Source: Vicinamibacterales bacterium (lineage in GTDB: Bacteria; Acidobacteriota; Vicinamibacteria; Vicinamibacterales; 2-12-FULL-66-21). Taken from it: a DNA stretch of 64,000 nucleotides. This document shows positions 42,797-52,453 of this stretch, in pieces; positions within the stretch are counted from its first letter, which is position 1, and the number at the start of each line of letters is the position of its first letter. Under the pieces are notes generated by a model, which made no database searches, had not been told where the DNA came from, and saw only the letters and a program-made list of their open reading frames with translations. A program made the position numbers and the translations under genes. Location: assembly GCA_035495555.1 (NCBI GenBank), contig DATJFQ010000042.1, forward strand, positions 75,893 through 139,892, in the 5' to 3' direction.

Positions 42797-43579
42797 TCAG
42801 ATCCCCGAACCCACCACATTCATCTTGACGACCAGATCGCGACGCGCGATCAATCGCTGCACGCGCTGCAGCGCGTCGGGATCGGCGCGTTCGCTCATCG
42901 ACGTCTCGAGCAGGACGGTCTCCAGATCGCCGAGGACGCGCGCGAGGTCCGTCATCCCGCGATCCTCCGCCGCCAGTCGATACAAGCGCGTGTCGGGCAG
43001 CAGCGACGTCGCGAGCTGACGCTCGTGCTGCCAGTCGGTCGCGCGCGCGTGCTGCGGATCGAGCGTCGCGAGCCCGAGCACGACGAGTTTCGACCGTTCG
43101 AAATGTTCTTCGCTGTGCTCCACGAGCGACCGGTCGCCGACCGTCGCGGCGGTGCGATCCAGCCCGGAATCCGGGTCCGCTGGAATCGCCCCCACGCGCG
43201 CGGGGGTCGCCGGCGCTGACGCTGGCGAAGACGGTTCCTGCCGCGCCCGACTCGTCAACAGAGCACCGCTCGCGACGATCGTCAGGGTCGCCGCGATCGC
43301 CAGCCACGGCATGATCCGGCGGCTCCGCTCCGGAGCGGCTGTCGTCGCGATTGCCGCCTCCAGCCGTCGACTGAAGCCGGACCAGTCGCCCGCCGGCGGC
43401 CCCTCGACACGGCCGCGCGAGGCGAGCGCCGCGCGAATCGACCGCAAATCATCGAGGTGCTGGCGGCACGTGGCGCACCGCTGCAGATGCTGTTCGAGCC
43501 GCGCGCGCGCCGCCGCCTCGAGCTCGCCGTAGAAGTACTGCTCGATCGCCGCGGCGTCCACGAATTCGCAGGCTTTCAT
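42797..43579 (-). CDS. Anti-sigma factor (zf-HC2 type)
   Basis: HLQRCATCRQHLDDL (H-x3-C-x2-C) near the N-terminus and a central TM segment. ATGA overlap with the sigma gene. Confidence 0.75.
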   Translation of the reverse strand: MKACEFVDAAAIEQYFYGELEAAARARLEQHLQRCATCRQHLDDLRSIRAALASRGRVEGPPAGDWSGFSRRLEAAIATTAAPERSRRIMPWLAIAATLTIVASGALLTSRARQEPSSPASAPATPARVGAIPADPDSGLDRTAATVGDRSLVEHSEEHFERSKLVVLGLATLDPQHARATDWQHERQLATSLLPDTRLYRLAAEDRGMTDLARVLGDLETVLLETSMSERADPDALQRVQRLIARRDLVVKMNVVGSGI

Positions 43580-44175
43580 GCGCGCCCTCCAACCGTAACC
43601 CGTGACGCCAGCAGGGCCGCGCGCAGCCGGTGCACCGCCGCATGCAGCTGGCGCTTGACGGTGCCTTCTGCAAGCCCCAGCGCCTCCGCGATTTCGCAGA
43701 GCTTCAGCCCTTCATGATGCCGCATGGTGAAGATCAGACGCTGGCCGGCGGGGAGCCGTGCGATCTCCGCCTGCAGCACGTCCCCGAGCTGAAGCCCGTA
43801 TGCGGCGTCCTCCGGGCCTGGGCGTTCCTCGGGCGCGTTCAACATCTTTTGCTCCGCATCCTCGGTGAACGGCGCCCATCCCGCGGGCGCCTGCCTCCGC
43901 CGGTGGTCGATGCAGGCGTTCATCGCGATGCGATACAGCCATGACGTGAGCTGCGCGTCGTAGCGGAAGCGGTCGAGCGACCGGTACACCTTGATGAACA
44001 CGTCCTGCGCAATGTCTTCCGCGTCGTGGTGATTGCCCGCAAACTGATACGCGACGCGATACACCATGGCGCGATGGCGCTCCACCAGCGCATGAAAGGC
44101 GGACGCGTCCCCGGCGGCCGCACGGGCGACAAGGTCCGAATCGGCCGCCGAACGGAATGCGCCGTCCACTGTCAT
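43576..44175 (-). CDS. ECF-type RNA polymerase sigma factor (sigma-70 family)
   Basis: Region 2 (DAEDIAQDVFIKVY, SWLYRIAMN) and region 4 (LKLCEIAEALGLAEGTVK). Confidence 0.9.
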   Translation of the reverse strand: MTVDGAFRSAADSDLVARAAAGDASAFHALVERHRAMVYRVAYQFAGNHHDAEDIAQDVFIKVYRSLDRFRYDAQLTSWLYRIAMNACIDHRRRQAPAGWAPFTEDAEQKMLNAPEERPGPEDAAYGLQLGDVLQAEIARLPAGQRLIFTMRHHEGLKLCEIAEALGLAEGTVKRQLHAAVHRLRAALLASRVTVGGRA

Positions 44176-44256
44176 GTTTATGACGAGCCCCGTCCGCCGA
44201 CGGTTGATCGGGCGTGCAAGATTGCCAACTTACGTAATCGTGGCGTGACGCGGCTT

Positions 44257-44262
44257 TATACT
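44257..44262 (+). promoter_or_regulatory. Putative -10 hexamer TATACT, 6 nt upstream of the typA ATG (leaderless-type geometry)
   Basis: ggctTTATACTgtttagATG. No Shine-Dalgarno sequence is present. Confidence 0.3.
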
Positions 44263-44268
44263 GTTTAG

Positions 44269-46107
44269 ATGCCTTCGTCAGGATCCATGCCGGCCATAGC
44301 CAACCTTTTTCGCCGCAACGTCGCCATCATCGCGCACGTCGACCACGGGAAAACCACGCTCGTCGACGGCCTCTTACGGCAGAGCGGCACCTTCAGGTCC
44401 AACGAGCGCGTCGCCGAGCGCGCCATGGACAACACCGACCTGGAACGTGAACGCGGCATTACGATTCTGGCAAAGAACACCGCGGTCCATTACCACGACG
44501 TGCTCATCAATATCGTTGACACCCCCGGCCACGCCGATTTCGGCGGCGAGGTCGAGCGCGTGCTCGCGATGGTCGACGGCGTGATGCTGCTCGTCGACGC
44601 GTCCGAGGGGCCGCTCCCGCAGACCCGCTTCGTCCTGCGCAAAGCGCTGGAACGCCGGCTGCCTCCCATCGTCGTGATCAACAAGATCGACCGTCCCGAC
44701 GCTCGAATCGGCGAAGTATTGAACGAAATCTACGACCTCTTCATCGATCTCGATGCGACCGAGGAGCAGCTTGATTTTCCGGTGCTCTACACGAGCGCGA
44801 AGGCCGGCACGTCCTCGCCGTCGGTCGACACGCCTGGCGAGGATCTCCGGCCGCTGTTCGACGCGATCGTCGATTTCGTCCCGCCGCCGCGCGGCAGCGC
44901 CGACGCCCCTCTCCAGCTCCTCGTCGCCAACCTCGACTCGAGCGACTATCTGGGCCGGATCGCGATCGGCCGTGTCTTCAACGGACGGATTCGTGTGGGT
45001 GATCCGATTGCCATCTGCAAGCTCGATGGCTCCTTTCAGGAGACGAAGGTCACGAAACTGTTCGCGTTCGACGGCCTGAAGCGCATCGATATTCCCGAGG
45101 CGGCGGCGGGCGACATCGTGTGCGTGGCGGGCATCGAGGACATCACGATCGGCGAAACGATTGCGGACATCGAGCATAGAAAGCCGATGCCGGCCATCGC
45201 CGTCGACGAGCCCACGGTCTCGATGATCTTCGGCGTCAACACCTCTCCGATGTCAGGGCGCGACGGCCAGTTCGTCACCTCGCGGCAACTGAAGGACCGC
45301 CTCGATCGGGAGCTGCTCGGCAACGTGTCGATCCGCGTCGAACCGACGGACACACCCGAACAGATGAAGGTCCTCGGGCGCGGCGAGCTCCAGTTGTCGA
45401 TCCTGATCGAGATGATGCGCCGTGAGGGGTACGAGCTGCAGGTGTCGCGGCCGGAAATCGTGACGAAGGAACACCACGGGCAGGTCGTCGAGCCTGTTGA
45501 AGATCTCGTCATCGATGTCGCCGAGGAGTTTCAGGGCGTCGTCATCGCGCTGGTCGGCACGCGCCGCGGGACGATGACGAAGATGGTCAACCATGGCAGC
45601 GGGCGGGTGCGGCTCGAATTCCGCATTCCCGCGCGCGGGCTCATCGGCTTTCGCTCGCAGTTCCTGACAGACACGAAAGGCACCGGCATCATGAACCACA
45701 TCTTTGCCGGGTGGGAGCCGTGGCACGGCGCGATTCCATCGCGCACGACAGGAGCGCTCGTCGCCGACCGGGCGGGAGTGGCGACCGCCTATGCGATCTG
45801 GAACCTGCAGGAGCGCGGGGAGATTTTCATCGACCCCGCGGAAAAAGTGTACGAAGGCATGATCATCGGCGAGAACGCGCGCGCCAACGACCTCGACGTG
45901 AACGTCACGAAGGAAAAGAAACAGACGAACATGCGCGCGTCGACGGCCGACGAAGCCGTGCGTCTCATCCCGGCGCGCAAGCTCGGCCTCGAGCAGGCGA
46001 TCGAATTCATCAACGATGACGAACTCGTCGAAGTGACGCCGAAGAGCATCCGCCTCCGCAAGCGCGTGCTCGCCGCGAACATGCGGCCAAGGAAGAACGC
46101 CGAGTAA
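44269..46107 (+). CDS. typA: Translational GTPase TypA/BipA
   Basis: [32 protein letters not shown] and NKIDR motifs. About 610 aa. Confidence 0.95.
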   Translation: MPSSGSMPAIANLFRRNVAIIAHVDHGKTTLVDGLLRQSGTFRSNERVAERAMDNTDLERERGITILAKNTAVHYHDVLINIVDTPGHADFGGEVERVLAMVDGVMLLVDASEGPLPQTRFVLRKALERRLPPIVVINKIDRPDARIGEVLNEIYDLFIDLDATEEQLDFPVLYTSAKAGTSSPSVDTPGEDLRPLFDAIVDFVPPPRGSADAPLQLLVANLDSSDYLGRIAIGRVFNGRIRVGDPIAICKLDGSFQETKVTKLFAFDGLKRIDIPEAAAGDIVCVAGIEDITIGETIADIEHRKPMPAIAVDEPTVSMIFGVNTSPMSGRDGQFVTSRQLKDRLDRELLGNVSIRVEPTDTPEQMKVLGRGELQLSILIEMMRREGYELQVSRPEIVTKEHHGQVVEPVEDLVIDVAEEFQGVVIALVGTRRGTMTKMVNHGSGRVRLEFRIPARGLIGFRSQFLTDTKGTGIMNHIFAGWEPWHGAIPSRTTGALVADRAGVATAYAIWNLQERGEIFIDPAEKVYEGMIIGENARANDLDVNVTKEKKQTNMRASTADEAVRLIPARKLGLEQAIEFINDDELVEVTPKSIRLRKRVLAANMRPRKNAE

Positions 46108-46203
46108 ACTGCGCTGCGCGCGTCATTTCGCAACGGCGCAACTTCCAACTACCCGAGGAGCTCTCGGAGGCTGCGATCGGCAGGGCGCCGTCTATGGAAC
46201 GCC

Positions 46204-46737
46204 TCAGATTCGAAGATGCCTGACCCGATTGGTCCGGGAATTCAGGAATCGCTCGAGTCCCTCCCAGGAGACGACGACCGACGCGGTGTTGATATTCGGA
46301 TGGAAAATCAGCCCGGCCGCGCCGCGCAGATCTTCATCGACGAGCACGACGACGGATCCGTCGGGATCGTTCAGCAGCCCGAACGGGGAGACCGAACCCG
46401 GCGTCAGCCCCAGTTCCCCTATGAGCCGCTCCGGCGATCCAAAGCTCAGGCGATCGTCGCCAAGCGTTTTTACGAGATCTTTCAGATCGACCCGTTTGGC
46501 GATCGGCACGATCGCCAGGTAATGCCGATCTCCTTTCTTGTTTCGCAGGAACAGGTTCTTGCACGGCACACCGGGCAGGCCGCGCCAGTGCACCTCAGCC
46601 TCTTCGCTCGTGAACACGGGCGGATGCTCGAATCGTTGGTACGGGATGCCGAGCGCCTCGAGGGCCGCATAGACGGGAGGGGCGGGATCCACGGCGTCAA
46701 TTCTAGAGGACAATACCGCGAGGAGCCGCCATGCCAC
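46204..46737 (-). CDS. YbaK/ProX-type aminoacyl-tRNA editing domain protein (an alternative GTG start at 46692 would remove the overlap with the divergent gene)
   Basis: LEALGIPYQRFEHPPVFTSEEA...CKNLFLRNKKGDRHYLAIV...SFGSPERL...LGLTPGSVSPFG. Confidence 0.75.
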   Translation of the reverse strand: MAWRLLAVLSSRIDAVDPAPPVYAALEALGIPYQRFEHPPVFTSEEAEVHWRGLPGVPCKNLFLRNKKGDRHYLAIVPIAKRVDLKDLVKTLGDDRLSFGSPERLIGELGLTPGSVSPFGLLNDPDGSVVVLVDEDLRGAAGLIFHPNINTASVVVSWEGLERFLNSRTNRVRHLRI

Positions 46738-47303
46738 CGCTGACGAGCCGGTTCGACGACGCGTTCATCTACGCGCACGCTGCTCACGCCCGACAGACGC
46801 GCAAGAACACACCGGTTCCTTACGTCGGGCATCTGATGGGCGTCGCCTCAATCGTGCTGGACGACGGCGGGACGGAAGACGAAGCGATCGCGGCATTGCT
46901 GCACGACGCCGCGGAAGATGCCGGCGGCCGCGCACGGATGGACAACATCCGGCAGCGGTTTGGCGACGTCGTCGCCAGAATCGTCGAAGACTGCACCGAT
47001 TCGTGGACGACGCCAAAGGAACCGTGGGCGGAGCGCAAGCAGAAGTATCTGGAGCATGCGCGCACACTGTCACCTTCGAGCCTCCGCGTGTCGGCGGCCG
47101 ACAAAGTGCACAACGCGTACGCAATTCTGAGAGACCTGCGCACCATCGGCGACGAGGTGTGGAAGCGCTTCAACGCGAAGCCGGACGACGTGCTCGCCTA
47201 TTACCAGGGTCTGGTGCGCGCATACCGAGAGGCGGGCGGTGGGCACCTCGTGGACGAACTGGATCGCATCGTCCGGGGAATCGAGCGCGAGATCGGATAC
47301 TGA
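46731..47303 (+). CDS. HD-domain phosphohydrolase
   Basis: PYVGHLMGVASIVL...AALLHDAAED HD motif. Confidence 0.75.
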   Translation: MPPLTSRFDDAFIYAHAAHARQTRKNTPVPYVGHLMGVASIVLDDGGTEDEAIAALLHDAAEDAGGRARMDNIRQRFGDVVARIVEDCTDSWTTPKEPWAERKQKYLEHARTLSPSSLRVSAADKVHNAYAILRDLRTIGDEVWKRFNAKPDDVLAYYQGLVRAYREAGGGHLVDELDRIVRGIEREIGY

Positions 47304-47499
47304 CGGAGGGCTGCTGCCGAATGGCGGCGGCATCCGTCAGGCTCGTCTCGGCGCGCGCGACTCGGCGAGCCGCGCGAGATGAGACAACATCCGCTGCCGA
47401 TGCGTGATCTCGCGGACGGTCAGCGCGCGGCGATTCGGCGCGATACGGCGTTCGCGTTCAGTGACGGATGCGTCGGAGTCATGGCGCCGGCGAAACGGG

Positions 47500-48204
47500 A
47501 TGACCATGATCGCGAGGATAACGGCCCCGTGTGACAGAACAGGTCACGCCGCGCGGCGGCTGCTCACCGCCGCCTTCCTGCTCCTCACTGTGACCGTTCC
47601 GGCGCGTGCTGATTGGACGGTGGCCGCCTACATGGGCGCGAGCTTCACGCGCCGGTCGACGCTCACGATCACCCAAGGCTCCGGATCCCGCGAAGCCCGC
47701 GGCGTCCACTTCGATGGGAGGCCTTTTGCGTCGCCTCCTTACTATGGCTACCGTGCCGGATGGCGTTCAAGAGAGGCGTTCGGCATCGACGTCGAGCTCA
47801 TTCACCTCAAGGTGTACGCGCACGCCGCGGATTTGCCGCCGAACGTGGAACGGTTCTCGATGTCCCACGGCCTGAATCTGCTCCTCGGGAACGTGACCTG
47901 GCGGCCTGCCCCGCAAGGCCGCGTGCAGCTCGAAGCCCGCGCAGGTGCGGGGGTCGCGATTCCGCATGGCGAGAGCGAGATCGACGGCGTCGCACAGGAA
48001 CAGTACGAGGTGTCGTCGCTGGCGCTGCAGGGCGCGGCCGCGATCCGGCTGCGCCTGGCGAGGCAACTCGGCGCATTCGGCGAGTACAAGCTGACGACGG
48101 CGGCGCCCACTGTTTCGGTCGCCGGCGGCCGCATCAACGGCCGCTACACATCACACCACGTCGCTGTCGGCCTGGAGTGGGTGTTTTCGAAACGGCAGGA
48201 TTGA
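47500..48204 (+). CDS. Outer-membrane beta-barrel protein
   Basis: Start at MTMIARI... with signal peptide LLTAAFLLLTVTVPARA. Alternating-hydrophobicity strands, ending ...VAVGLEWVF. Confidence 0.6.
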   Translation: MTMIARITAPCDRTGHAARRLLTAAFLLLTVTVPARADWTVAAYMGASFTRRSTLTITQGSGSREARGVHFDGRPFASPPYYGYRAGWRSREAFGIDVELIHLKVYAHAADLPPNVERFSMSHGLNLLLGNVTWRPAPQGRVQLEARAGAGVAIPHGESEIDGVAQEQYEVSSLALQGAAAIRLRLARQLGAFGEYKLTTAAPTVSVAGGRINGRYTSHHVAVGLEWVFSKRQD

Positions 48205-48225
48205 CGTCCCGGCGCTGAACGCAGT

Positions 48226-49245
48226 TCAGCTCTTTGCGACGCGCGAGCGGCGGGTTGCGATCGGGGCCGGGGGAGTCTCGTGGCCAGCGGATTCGGACCA
48301 GTCAGTGTGGGGCGCGTGATTTTCCACCAGCCACCCGTACACAAGCTGCCCGTACGTGCGCCAGCGCATCTTTTTCTGTTCGTAGAACGGCACGAGCGCC
48401 CGCTGCAGTTCAGGGAGCCGATAGAACGGCACCCCCGGGAAATAGTGGTGCTCCAGATGGTAGTTGGAGTTCAGGAATGCGAAGTCCCAGAACCAACTGC
48501 CCTTCATGAGCGTGCCCCATTTAGCGGGGTCGTTCGGATCGATGTCGTAATGCTGCCCGAGCCTGTTGAGTGTGAAGGCGATCGGGAAGATGAAAAAGAC
48601 CGGGATGATACTCGTTCGGAGCGCGGCGTAGAACCCGAAAACGTACCAAATCACGCCGAGCGCGGTGAGGTGAGCGGCAAGCGACAGCCACCGTTCACGT
48701 TTGATCTTCGCCTGCAGATCCGCCGGGTACGTGGACGACTCCTTCCGCGCGGCGCGGAAGTAGATCGGAAAGAGCGCGGGCGTGCAGTACAGCAGCTTGA
48801 ACCACGGTTTGTTGACCTTCGGCGAGAGGTGGTGCCGCTTCGGGTCGTCCTCGTCCGATCCCAGTTCCGCGTGATGATCCAGGTGCCAGCGCGTGAACTG
48901 GCTCGCCGAGATGCCGCTGGGCACCGCATAGAGAAATCCGAGCATCCGCTCCGCGAACTGATGCCTGCGGTCGAAGATGGTGTGATGCACGACTTCGTGC
49001 AGCAGGACGGTGAAATTGAACACCGTGAACCCCTGCACGAACGCGAGCGGGATCCAGATGAGCGGGTTGTCGAACCGGATCAATCCCCACGTGGCGAGCC
49101 CCAGCATCGCGAATTGCCGGACCGCAATCGCGAAGTGCCTCCAGGGCTGCTTGCGGTGCAGTGACCGCATGAGCTCGCGCGAGATGACCGTGCCGAGCTC
49201 TGCCCGCAGCGTTCCTGCGTGCTGCGAGTAATAGTGGGATTTCAC
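48226..49245 (-). CDS. Membrane fatty acid desaturase
   Basis: Three His boxes: HEVVHH, HLDHH and HLEHHYFP. Confidence 0.85.
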   Translation of the reverse strand: MKSHYYSQHAGTLRAELGTVISRELMRSLHRKQPWRHFAIAVRQFAMLGLATWGLIRFDNPLIWIPLAFVQGFTVFNFTVLLHEVVHHTIFDRRHQFAERMLGFLYAVPSGISASQFTRWHLDHHAELGSDEDDPKRHHLSPKVNKPWFKLLYCTPALFPIYFRAARKESSTYPADLQAKIKRERWLSLAAHLTALGVIWYVFGFYAALRTSIIPVFFIFPIAFTLNRLGQHYDIDPNDPAKWGTLMKGSWFWDFAFLNSNYHLEHHYFPGVPFYRLPELQRALVPFYEQKKMRWRTYGQLVYGWLVENHAPHTDWSESAGHETPPAPIATRRSRVAKS

Positions 49246-49344
49246 GACAGAGCTATTTTACCAGCCTGGGGTGCGGGTGGATGGAGCCTGGTGAGGCCGG
49301 GCCGGCCCCACCATGGCTCAGGCGGCTGGACGCCGCCGGCGTGC

Positions 49345-49680
49345 TTACTTCCCGAACGGCGTCAGGAAGAAGAGGATGAGCGAGATCAGCAGGACGTAGA
49401 TGACGAGCGATTCAATGAGCACGAGGCCGAGAATCAGCGCGCCGCGGATGTCGCCCGTGGCACTCGGGTTCCGCGCGATCGCCTCGCAGGCAGCGGCAAT
49501 CGACCGCCCCTGACCGAGCGCGCCGCCGAACGCCGCAATGCCCAGCGCGAACCCGGCGGTGATGATCGACCAGCGGGCCACTTCGCTGCCCGCGGCGGCA
49601 TCCGTCCCCTGCGCGTAGAGCGGCGCGAACGCCCCCGCGAGAACGACGAGCGCGATTGTCATGAGACTGCGTTTACTCAC
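49345..49680 (-). CDS. atpE: F0F1 ATP synthase subunit c
   Basis: GFALGIAAFGGALGQGRSIAAACEAIARNP...GLVLIESLVIY. GTG start preceded by GGGAGGA. Only the last 111 codons of the 388-aa track ORF are real. Confidence 0.85.
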   Translation of the reverse strand: MSKRSLMTIALVVLAGAFAPLYAQGTDAAAGSEVARWSIITAGFALGIAAFGGALGQGRSIAAACEAIARNPSATGDIRGALILGLVLIESLVIYVLLISLILFFLTPFGK

Positions 49681-49724
49681 CACGTTCCTCCCTGATGTCG
49701 ACGGTTGAATGACGAATGCCGAAG

Positions 49725-50534
49725 TTACGCCGCCGCCGGGGCATGGATGCCCGACGGTGCGTCGTGCCCGTGTTGATCGTGCTCGTGCTCCACGGCGACG
49801 GCGCCCTGCAGGTAGATGATGGAGAGCAGCACGAAGATGAACGCCTGCAGACCGCCCGTGATCAGGCCGAGCAGCATCATGGGGACCGGGATGACGAACG
49901 GAATGATGCTGCCGAGGATCAGGATCACGAGCTCTTCGCCGAAGATGTTCCCGAACAGCCGCAGCGACAACGACATGATGCGCGACGTGTGGCTGATGAT
50001 CTCGATCGGGAACATGACGAACCCGATCCACCACGGCGCGCCGGGCGGCGCCCAGAAATGCTTCACGTAGTTGACGATCCCGTTCTGCCTGATGCCTTCG
50101 AAGTGGTAGTAGACCCAGATCGTGAGGGCGCAGCCGAGCGTCACGTTGATGCTGCTCGTGGGCGCCATCAGCCCCGGCACGAGGCCCGCGTAGTTGCCAA
50201 TCAGGATGAACAGCCCGAGTGCCGAGATGAGCGGCAGGTATCGCTTCCCCGTGCCCGGCCCGATCCATTCCTCGATCATCCCGTTCATCATCACCACGCC
50301 GTCTTCCAGCAGGATCTGGAACCGGCTCGGATGCTCGACGCTGAGACGCGATCGCACGAGGAGGCACATGACCGTAATCGCGGCGACGATGAGGATCGTC
50401 ATCACGATGTAGTTGGGAATAATCTCGGGCCCCTGGAGATGAAACCCGAAGGGCGCCAGCGCGGCGGCCACGATCGGACCGAGGACCGCGTTGACGGCCT
50501 CCACGATCCACAAGGGATGTTCGAGCTTCTCCAT
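49725..50534 (-). CDS. atpB: F0F1 ATP synthase subunit a
   Basis: Start at MEKLEHPLW. SLSLRLFGNIFGEE signature. Confidence 0.9.
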   Translation of the reverse strand: MEKLEHPLWIVEAVNAVLGPIVAAALAPFGFHLQGPEIIPNYIVMTILIVAAITVMCLLVRSRLSVEHPSRFQILLEDGVVMMNGMIEEWIGPGTGKRYLPLISALGLFILIGNYAGLVPGLMAPTSSINVTLGCALTIWVYYHFEGIRQNGIVNYVKHFWAPPGAPWWIGFVMFPIEIISHTSRIMSLSLRLFGNIFGEELVILILGSIIPFVIPVPMMLLGLITGGLQAFIFVLLSIIYLQGAVAVEHEHDQHGHDAPSGIHAPAAA

Positions 50535-50562
50535 CTCTTCCCGCCGGAAGTCCGCGCTGCCG

Positions 50563-50949
50563 CTATTTGTGCCTGAAGAGCCGTGCAGCTTCGACAGCCG
50601 CCACGGCCACGAACGAAGACGCGCCCGCAATGAGCCCTATCGGGTGCAGGCGCAAACGCGCAATCATAACGTACGCCAGAAACGCGAGTAAAGCGTATCG
50701 GCCCGTCAGCTTGACGAGGGCAAACCCCGTATTGACGCGGGGCGCCGGCGACCGCGGATCGTCCGCAAACGCGGTCACATCGAGGATCGCGCCCTTGATC
50801 AACAGAAAGCTGATGCCGGCGAGAATCCCCCCGCCGGCGACCGCCGCGGCCGCGCCGCCGCCGGACACCCCGAACGCGATCGCCGCGAAGAGCACGCATG
50901 CCACGCACGCGTTCCGCTGGAGGCGGCGAAGCAGATCGTCGCCCGCCAC
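50563..50949 (-). CDS. atpI: ATP synthase protein I (AtpI-like)
   Basis: Small 4-TM protein immediately upstream of atpB. Confidence 0.6.
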   Translation of the reverse strand: MAGDDLLRRLQRNACVACVLFAAIAFGVSGGGAAAAVAGGGILAGISFLLIKGAILDVTAFADDPRSPAPRVNTGFALVKLTGRYALLAFLAYVMIARLRLHPIGLIAGASSFVAVAAVEAARLFRHK

Positions 50950-50950
50950 G

Positions 50951-51193
50951 CTACTTGATTGACCGGCTCGCGCGGACGACGCTTACGACGCCCGCCGCAA
51001 GGCCCAGGAAGAACCCGATGAAGAACCCCCAGTGGCCGCGGCCGACGAAGTGATCGACCAGCAGCCCGGCGCCGCATCCGATGACGATCGACAGGACGAA
51101 CGCGAAACCGACGCTGCCGAGCGTGCCCATTTCCCGCATCGCGTCGGCGGTCGAGTTGGGCCCCTGTGGTTTCTTCTGTGGCTCTTCGGTCAT
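50951..51193 (-). CDS. AtpZ/AtpI-family small membrane protein (putative F0F1-ATPase subunit)
   Basis: 80 aa with two TM segments (LGSVGFAFVLSIVIGCGAGLLVD..WGFFIGFFLGLAAG), at the head of the atp genes. Confidence 0.6.
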   Translation of the reverse strand: MTEEPQKKPQGPNSTADAMREMGTLGSVGFAFVLSIVIGCGAGLLVDHFVGRGHWGFFIGFFLGLAAGVVSVVRASRSIK

Positions 51194-51200
51194 GGCGCGC

Positions 51201-51455
51201 TCACCGCGCCTTCCGGGACGGCGCGGCCGTCTCGCCGCAGGATCCGAATGCCGCGTCGAAGCCCGGCGGCACGCTCGGCGCGGGCACTGCCGCCGTTGTC
51301 ACAGGAGCGGGGGAGGCCGAGCAATCGGCAGCGGCTTTCACCGGCAGCCGGCGGGTCGACCGGGCGAGCGCCAGCGTCAGATTGAAATAGAGCACCACGG
51401 CGGCGAACGCCACCAGCAGCACCCGGAACACCACGGCAGAGGCAGCGCGGGTCAT
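51201..51455 (-). CDS. Hypothetical small membrane protein
   Basis: 84-aa ORF with one N-terminal TM segment, 7 nt upstream of atpZ. No recognisable family. Confidence 0.3.
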   Translation of the reverse strand: MTRAASAVVFRVLLVAFAAVVLYFNLTLALARSTRRLPVKAAADCSASPAPVTTAAVPAPSVPPGFDAAFGSCGETAAPSRKAR

Positions 51456-51482
51456 GCTGACACCTTACCTTGCTTAAACCAT

Positions 51483-51504
51483 TGATCCCAAGATCTTTAG
51501 ATCA
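51483..51504. promoter_or_regulatory. 22-bp near-palindrome (TGATCccAAGATCTTtaGATCA) in a divergent promoter region. Candidate operator.
   Basis: 18 of 22 positions are self-complementary. It lies in the AT-richer spacer between the atp-side genes (minus strand) and the VWA genes (plus strand). Confidence 0.35.
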
Positions 51505-51577
51505 GAGCATCCTGCTCCGTACAGGCCCCGGATCCCTGCAGCTTTGCTCTATACTCGAAACGAAAGGCACGTGCCAC

Positions 51578-52453
51578 ATGACTCGACGGTTGAGCGCTCT
51601 CGTTCTCGCGGCGTCCTGTCTGACACCCGTCACCGCACTCGGTCAGGCGAAGCCGATCAGCGTGTATGCGAGCGTCCTCGACGCGAACGGCCATCCTGTC
51701 CAGGGCCTGTCCGCCGCGGACTTCAAGGTGCGGGAAGACAACGTCGCGCGGGAGGTGCTCTCGGTCAAGCCGGCGGCCGAGCGGCTCACCATCGCGCTGC
51801 TCCTCGATAACAGTCAGGCGGCGTCGGGCGCGACGCAGATGATCCGGGACGGCGCCCGTGACTTCATCAAGGCGCTTTCCGGCAAGGCTGAAATCGCCGT
51901 GGTCACGTTTGGCGACCGTCCCACGATTGTCCAGGACTATACGACGGACGAGAAACGCCTGCTCGACGCGGTCGGCCGCTTCTTTCCGCAACCCGGCGCG
52001 GGCGCGTATTTCGACGACGCGGTCTATGAGGTCAGCCGCGGATTGCAGAAGCGCGACGCCCCCCGCGGCGTGATCGCGGCCCTCCTCGTTGAGGATGCGC
52101 ACGAATTCAGCAATCGTTTCTATCAGCAGATCCTGGACGAACTCGCGAAGAGCGGCGCGACCCTCGACGTGCTCGCGCTGGGGCAGCCGAGCGGCGCGCA
52201 AACCGATGAATTGCGTAATCGCAACCAGGTGCTGGCGCTTGGCACCGACCGCACCGGCGGCCGCCGCGATCAACTGCTGGCGGCAACGGCCATCCCTGGC
52301 GCGATGAAGCAGCTCGCCGACGAACTCGCCAGCCAATATGTCGTTACCTATGCGCGTCCCGAGACTCTGATCCCTCCAGAGAAGGTATCGGTGACGGCGA
52401 CCAAGCCGGGCCTCACGGTGCGCGCACGCACACAGGCTCCACAAGTGAAATGA
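51578..52453 (+). CDS. VWA-domain protein (VWFA-related, acidobacterial type), secreted
   Basis: Start at MTRRLSALVLAASCL. SVYASVLDANGHPVQGLSAADFKVREDN...IALLLDNSQ. Confidence 0.7.
   Translation: MTRRLSALVLAASCLTPVTALGQAKPISVYASVLDANGHPVQGLSAADFKVREDNVAREVLSVKPAAERLTIALLLDNSQAASGATQMIRDGARDFIKALSGKAEIAVVTFGDRPTIVQDYTTDEKRLLDAVGRFFPQPGAGAYFDDAVYEVSRGLQKRDAPRGVIAALLVEDAHEFSNRFYQQILDELAKSGATLDVLALGQPSGAQTDELRNRNQVLALGTDRTGGRRDQLLAATAIPGAMKQLADELASQYVVTYARPETLIPPEKVSVTATKPGLTVRARTQAPQVK

Noticed and set aside
49345-50511. 388-aa minus-strand ORF
   Set aside because: Only the last 111 codons (from GTG 49680, preceded by GGGAGGA) form the ATP synthase c subunit. The upstream portion overlaps atpB in another frame.
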